A DNA stretch of 64,000 nt from an uncultured Galactobacillus sp. (GTDB taxonomy: Bacteria; Bacillota_I; Bacilli_A; Erysipelotrichales; Erysipelotrichaceae). Location: the NCBI GenBank assembly GCA_964385925.1, contig CAYLQV010000006.1:25919-89918 (forward strand). Direction: 5' to 3'. The notes under the pieces are model-generated. The model was not told the origin of the DNA. It saw nothing but the letters and a program-made list of their open reading frames with translations, and ran no database searches. Within the stretch, counting starts at the first letter, position 1; the number at the start of each line of letters is the position of its first letter. Position numbers and translations under genes: made by a program. Below are positions 60,322 through 64,000 of the stretch, one piece after another.

Positions 60322-62052
60322 ATGAATAAATTCCTGAGCTATCTATCAGACAGCAGAGTTGTAATTGCAATCATTGTTATTGTAGTTATACTGACCCTCT
60401 GGCTTATTATTACCAGAGTCAATACAAAGCGCTACAGAACCGATCTGGAACAGCTTGAAAACAAATATAACGAGATCAAGAAGATCCCGCTGTCCTTTAA
60501 AATGAATAAGGCAGTGGCGATTTCCCGTGTCGACCAGGAGACCATAGATAAGGTTGAAAAGGCTAAGACAGACTTCTCGCAGACGGAAACAGATATGACT
60601 AAGATCTCTGATCATCTGGCTCAGGCAGAGGATTTCATCATTGCCGGCAAGCTGAAGAAGGCAGAAGGTCTGATCAATGGACTGGATCAGGAAATCACAG
60701 ATGCTCACCGTGAAGTCAAATCACTGGAAGTATTATTAGATGATATCCTGGCAAAGGAAACAGCACAGAGACAGGAAGTTACGACACTGAAGAACCGCTT
60801 CCGTGCCCTGAAGTCACAGGCACAGGAAAATGCATCGAGACTTTCCTTCAACTGGAGTGCAATTGAACAGAAGATCGATGATACTGAGAAAATGTTCAAT
60901 ACATTTGAAGAATGGATGTTCTCCTCTGATTTTGATAAGGCAAATGCGGAACTGGATACGATCCGCACTTCCATGGCAGAGCTGGAGAAGATGGTCGATA
61001 CGATGCCTGGTCTGCTGGAAGATGCCCGTGGGGTCATTCCGTCAATGGCGGAGACTCTGCATCATGACTATCAGCATCATAAGAACCGCGGTGTTTATCT
61101 GAAGCATCTTGAGGTAGAAAAGAACCTGGCTGCTTTATCTGCAGCCCTGAAAGAAGATCTGATCAAGCTGAAGGCCGGCAAGCAGGATGGTGTCGGTGAG
61201 CACTTGGATGACTATAAAGTACGTCTGTCACAAATAGATGAGGCAGTGAAAAAGGAAGGTACAGCGTACGATGAGATGCGCAGCCTGACAAAGGAAACAG
61301 AGACACTTGCCAATGAAGTCAATCAGACAGAAAGCTATCTGAATACAAAGGTCGGAACTGCTGCTACATTGTTCGGCATGAAGGACATGAATGAAAATCT
61401 GCAGAAGAACTCCACACTGCTGGAACATCTGAATGCTACAAGACCAGAAGTCATGAGCCAGGCCAAGAGCTATGCCGTACCTGCAAGTGAAGTACTGATC
61501 TCCCTGAAACAGCTGTTCCAGGGTTATACCGATATTAATGGAGAACTGAAGCAGATCCGCTCAGCATTGGATTCTGCCAACAGCGATGTGGACAGAGCAA
61601 AGAAGCAGCTGGTCAAGCTGCAGATCATCATGAACTCCATGCAGGTCAAGATCCGCCGCTACAAACTGCCGAACATCTCCGCTGCCTATCAGGAAGATAT
61701 GAACAAGGCTAACACATATATTCACCATCTGGAGACACTGCTGAAGGAAACACCAATCAGCATCCAGCTGCTGAATTCCACTCTGCAGGAAGCCCTGGAC
61801 TTCATCTACAAGCTGTACAACAACGTTAATAATGTTGTCGGTACTGTTGTCATGGTCGAGAATACGATTGTCTTCGGCAACCGCTATCGTTCTACATATG
61901 AAGATATTGACAGTGAACTGACCAGAAGTGAGTTATGCTTCAGAAACGGTGAATATACACAGGCACTGCAGATTGCAATTGCAACGATGGAGAAGATCCA
62001 TCCGGGCAACTATGAGTCAATCGTCAGGGAGAATGCAAAGAGTGCAGCGTAG
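60322..62052 (+). CDS. ezrA: Septation ring formation regulator EzrA
   Basis: Single N-terminal TM, long coiled-coil spectrin-like repeats, terminal IVFGNRYRS (QNR-patch equivalent); divergent from rpsD. Confidence 0.9.
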   Translation: MNKFLSYLSDSRVVIAIIVIVVILTLWLIITRVNTKRYRTDLEQLENKYNEIKKIPLSFKMNKAVAISRVDQETIDKVEKAKTDFSQTETDMTKISDHLAQAEDFIIAGKLKKAEGLINGLDQEITDAHREVKSLEVLLDDILAKETAQRQEVTTLKNRFRALKSQAQENASRLSFNWSAIEQKIDDTEKMFNTFEEWMFSSDFDKANAELDTIRTSMAELEKMVDTMPGLLEDARGVIPSMAETLHHDYQHHKNRGVYLKHLEVEKNLAALSAALKEDLIKLKAGKQDGVGEHLDDYKVRLSQIDEAVKKEGTAYDEMRSLTKETETLANEVNQTESYLNTKVGTAATLFGMKDMNENLQKNSTLLEHLNATRPEVMSQAKSYAVPASEVLISLKQLFQGYTDINGELKQIRSALDSANSDVDRAKKQLVKLQIIMNSMQVKIRRYKLPNISAAYQEDMNKANTYIHHLETLLKETPISIQLLNSTLQEALDFIYKLYNNVNNVVGTVVMVENTIVFGNRYRSTYEDIDSELTRSELCFRNGEYTQALQIAIATMEKIHPGNYESIVRENAKSAA

Positions 62053-63172
62053 AATCTATTTTGATAACTCCAGTACGACCAGGATCCATCCGGAAGTGCT
62101 GAAGAGCTATGAACAGCTTCTTGAGAAATATTATGTCAACAGTGAATCGCTGTATGATGAGGGAAGCGAAATCAGTCAAATGATGGAAAGGGCCCGGGGA
62201 GCAATCGCCGGGCTTTTAGGGGTACATGCCACGGATATCCTGTTCACCAGCGGTTCTTCGGAATCCAACAGTGCAGCCGTTAAGGGATGCGCCTTTGCCC
62301 AGCAAAATAAGAAACATATCATCACGACAAATGTTGAACACAGTTCCATCCTCAATGCATGCGCTCAGCTGGAACAGTATTTCGGCTACCGCATCACATA
62401 TCTGCCGGTCGACGGGACTGGCAGAATCAATGTTGAAGACCTTAAGAAAGCCCTGGATGAAGATACTGCAGTTGTATCAATCATGTATGTCAATAATGAG
62501 AGCGGCTCTGTCAATCCGATTTCTGAGATTGCGGAAGTTGTCAAGAAGCAGAGCCATGCCTACCTTCATGTCGATTTGACACAGGCAGTGGGCAAGGTGC
62601 CTCTGGACCTGACCAATGTCGATATGGCATCGATCTCAGCACATAAGCTGGAAGGCCTGAAGGGCTCCGGCATATTAATGAAGAAGACATATGTTCCGTT
62701 CATACCGCTGATCAACGGCGGCGAACAGGAATATGGACTGCGCGGCGGCACTGCGAATGCGTGTGCAGATATGGTTTTTGCAAAGACGCTGCGCTTAGCA
62801 ATAGAGAACGGAAAAAAATATCATCTGTACATCAAGGATCTCAGGGATAGACTGGTCAAAGGCCTGCTGGCAATTGACGGTGTTGAGATCAACAGTCCAG
62901 AGGATGCCGTTGTCTCAACTGTCAACTGGTCCTATGAAAAGATTCCAAGTGAAGTGATGCAGAATGCCTTGAATGCCAAGGGCTTCATGGTCAGCGCCAG
63001 GAGCACATGTGCTTCTAAGAGCGATGATCCAAGCTATGTCCTGACCGCCATGGGCTATTCATCGCGCAGAGCATCTTCGTGCATCCGCATTTCACTTTCA
63101 TACTACAACACTGAAGAAGAGATTGATCTCTTCTTAACATCCCTGAAGGAGATTATTGAGCATTATGGTTAA
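62042..63172 (+). CDS. iscS: Cysteine desulfurase (IscS/NifS family)
   Basis: IYFDNSSTT, TSGSSESN, TNVEHSS, HVDLTQAVGK, SAHKLEG, SARSTC; GTG start inferred at 62042. Confidence 0.93.
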   Translation: MQRRIYFDNSSTTRIHPEVLKSYEQLLEKYYVNSESLYDEGSEISQMMERARGAIAGLLGVHATDILFTSGSSESNSAAVKGCAFAQQNKKHIITTNVEHSSILNACAQLEQYFGYRITYLPVDGTGRINVEDLKKALDEDTAVVSIMYVNNESGSVNPISEIAEVVKKQSHAYLHVDLTQAVGKVPLDLTNVDMASISAHKLEGLKGSGILMKKTYVPFIPLINGGEQEYGLRGGTANACADMVFAKTLRLAIENGKKYHLYIKDLRDRLVKGLLAIDGVEINSPEDAVVSTVNWSYEKIPSEVMQNALNAKGFMVSARSTCASKSDDPSYVLTAMGYSSRRASSCIRISLSYYNTEEEIDLFLTSLKEIIEHYG

Positions 63173-64000
63173 ATATGATACCGTCCTGATCCGCTATGGC
63201 GAACTCACGACAAAAGGAAAGAACCGCAAAGATTTCATCACCCGTCTGTTCAAGAACGTCAAGTACGCACTGCGTGACTATGATGATCTGGTCTATACAA
63301 AGACCTATGACCGCATCTATGTTAAACTGACGGATCAACAGCCGGAAGAAATCACGAAGCGCCTGCAGAGAGTCTTTGGCATTTCATCCTTCTCCTTTAC
63401 GGAAAAGGTCTCCAATGATATTGAAGTGATCAAGGACAGATGTCTGCAGATTGCCAAGGATTCCGATAAGAAGACATTCAAGGTCATCACCAAGCGTCAC
63501 GATAAGTCCTATCCGATGCATAGCGATGATGTCAACCGTGCGGTCGCCGGTGAGATCCTGCACAATACTGAATTAAAGGTAGATGTGCATGAACCAGAAC
63601 TTGCCATCCGCATTGAAATCCATGAACAGGATGCCTACATCACATCTGAGAAGATACCGGGTGCTGGCGGATATCCTGCCGGCATCAACGGCAAAGTCCT
63701 GCTGATGCTCTCCGGCGGCATTGATTCACCAGTTGCTGCCTATCAGCTGATGAAACGCGGGCTGAAGGTGGAGGCGGTGCATTTCGCTTCACCTCCATAT
63801 ACTAGTGAGAATGCCAAGAACAAGGTCCTGGATCTGGCCCGCATGGTTGCCGAATATCAGGGACATATGAAGGTCCATATCATCAACTTTACAGACATGC
63901 AGCTGGAAATCTATAAGACAGCAGGTGATCCATATGCTGTTACATTGATGAGAAGAATGATGTTCCGGGAGGCCGAACAGGTTGCATTGAATAATGGCTG
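63165..64000 (+). CDS. thiI: tRNA 4-thiouridine synthase ThiI, 3'-partial
   Basis: LIRYGELTTKGKNR, THUMP domain, LMLSGGIDSPVAAY, KRG, HFASPPYTS; runs off the window. Confidence 0.96.
   Translation, partial: MVKYDTVLIRYGELTTKGKNRKDFITRLFKNVKYALRDYDDLVYTKTYDRIYVKLTDQQPEEITKRLQRVFGISSFSFTEKVSNDIEVIKDRCLQIAKDSDKKTFKVITKRHDKSYPMHSDDVNRAVAGEILHNTELKVDVHEPELAIRIEIHEQDAYITSEKIPGAGGYPAGINGKVLLMLSGGIDSPVAAYQLMKRGLKVEAVHFASPPYTSENAKNKVLDLARMVAEYQGHMKVHIINFTDMQLEIYKTAGDPYAVTLMRRMMFREAEQVALNNG

Noticed and set aside
61928-62041. N-terminal extension of the cysteine desulfurase ORF overlapping ezrA by 125 nt
   Set aside because: Homology starts at RIYFDN; GTG 62042 has a suitably spaced AGGGAG

Overview
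A core-genome segment of a low-GC Gram-positive (Bacillota) chromosome. Protein similarity and gene order (polA-mutM-coaE-dnaB-dnaI-pfkA-pyk; hrcA-grpE-dnaK-dnaJ-clpB; rpsD/ezrA-iscS-thiI) suggest an Erysipelotrichaceae-like organism, which is my inference. About 55 tightly packed CDSs lie mostly on the + strand. I see no rRNA, tRNA, CRISPR array, prophage, integrase or IS element. Modules: replication/repair and glycolysis genes; RNase J and def; ftsW-rsmD-coaD-ogt; an HrcA/CIRCE heat-shock operon extended by clpB; an NrtR-regulated NAD salvage operon (nrtR-pncA-pncB-nadD-nadE) with a perfect 21-bp operator; a Na/Pi cotransporter with Pho-box repeats next to a PhoP/PhoR-like pair; peptidases; a TetR-GH2-GH36-GPH galactoside locus with a cre site, whose GH36 gene is split by a -1 frameshift at an A7 run; and rpsD with an S4-type leader. 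The leads most worth checking are: (1) a TroA/ZnuA-fold lipoprotein that lacks the canonical metal ligands and is translationally coupled to an AI-2E transporter; (2) the GH36 frameshift; (3) a Nudix plus papain-like-domain protein pair; (4) a stand-alone ParB-N mini-protein in front of rluB; (5) a YjbR-EVE-like protein coupled to pepF; and (6) apparently leaderless HAD-hydrolase mRNAs. All family calls come from motif recognition by eye; no database search was run. Several starts were moved from the ORF track to the codon that has an RBS.
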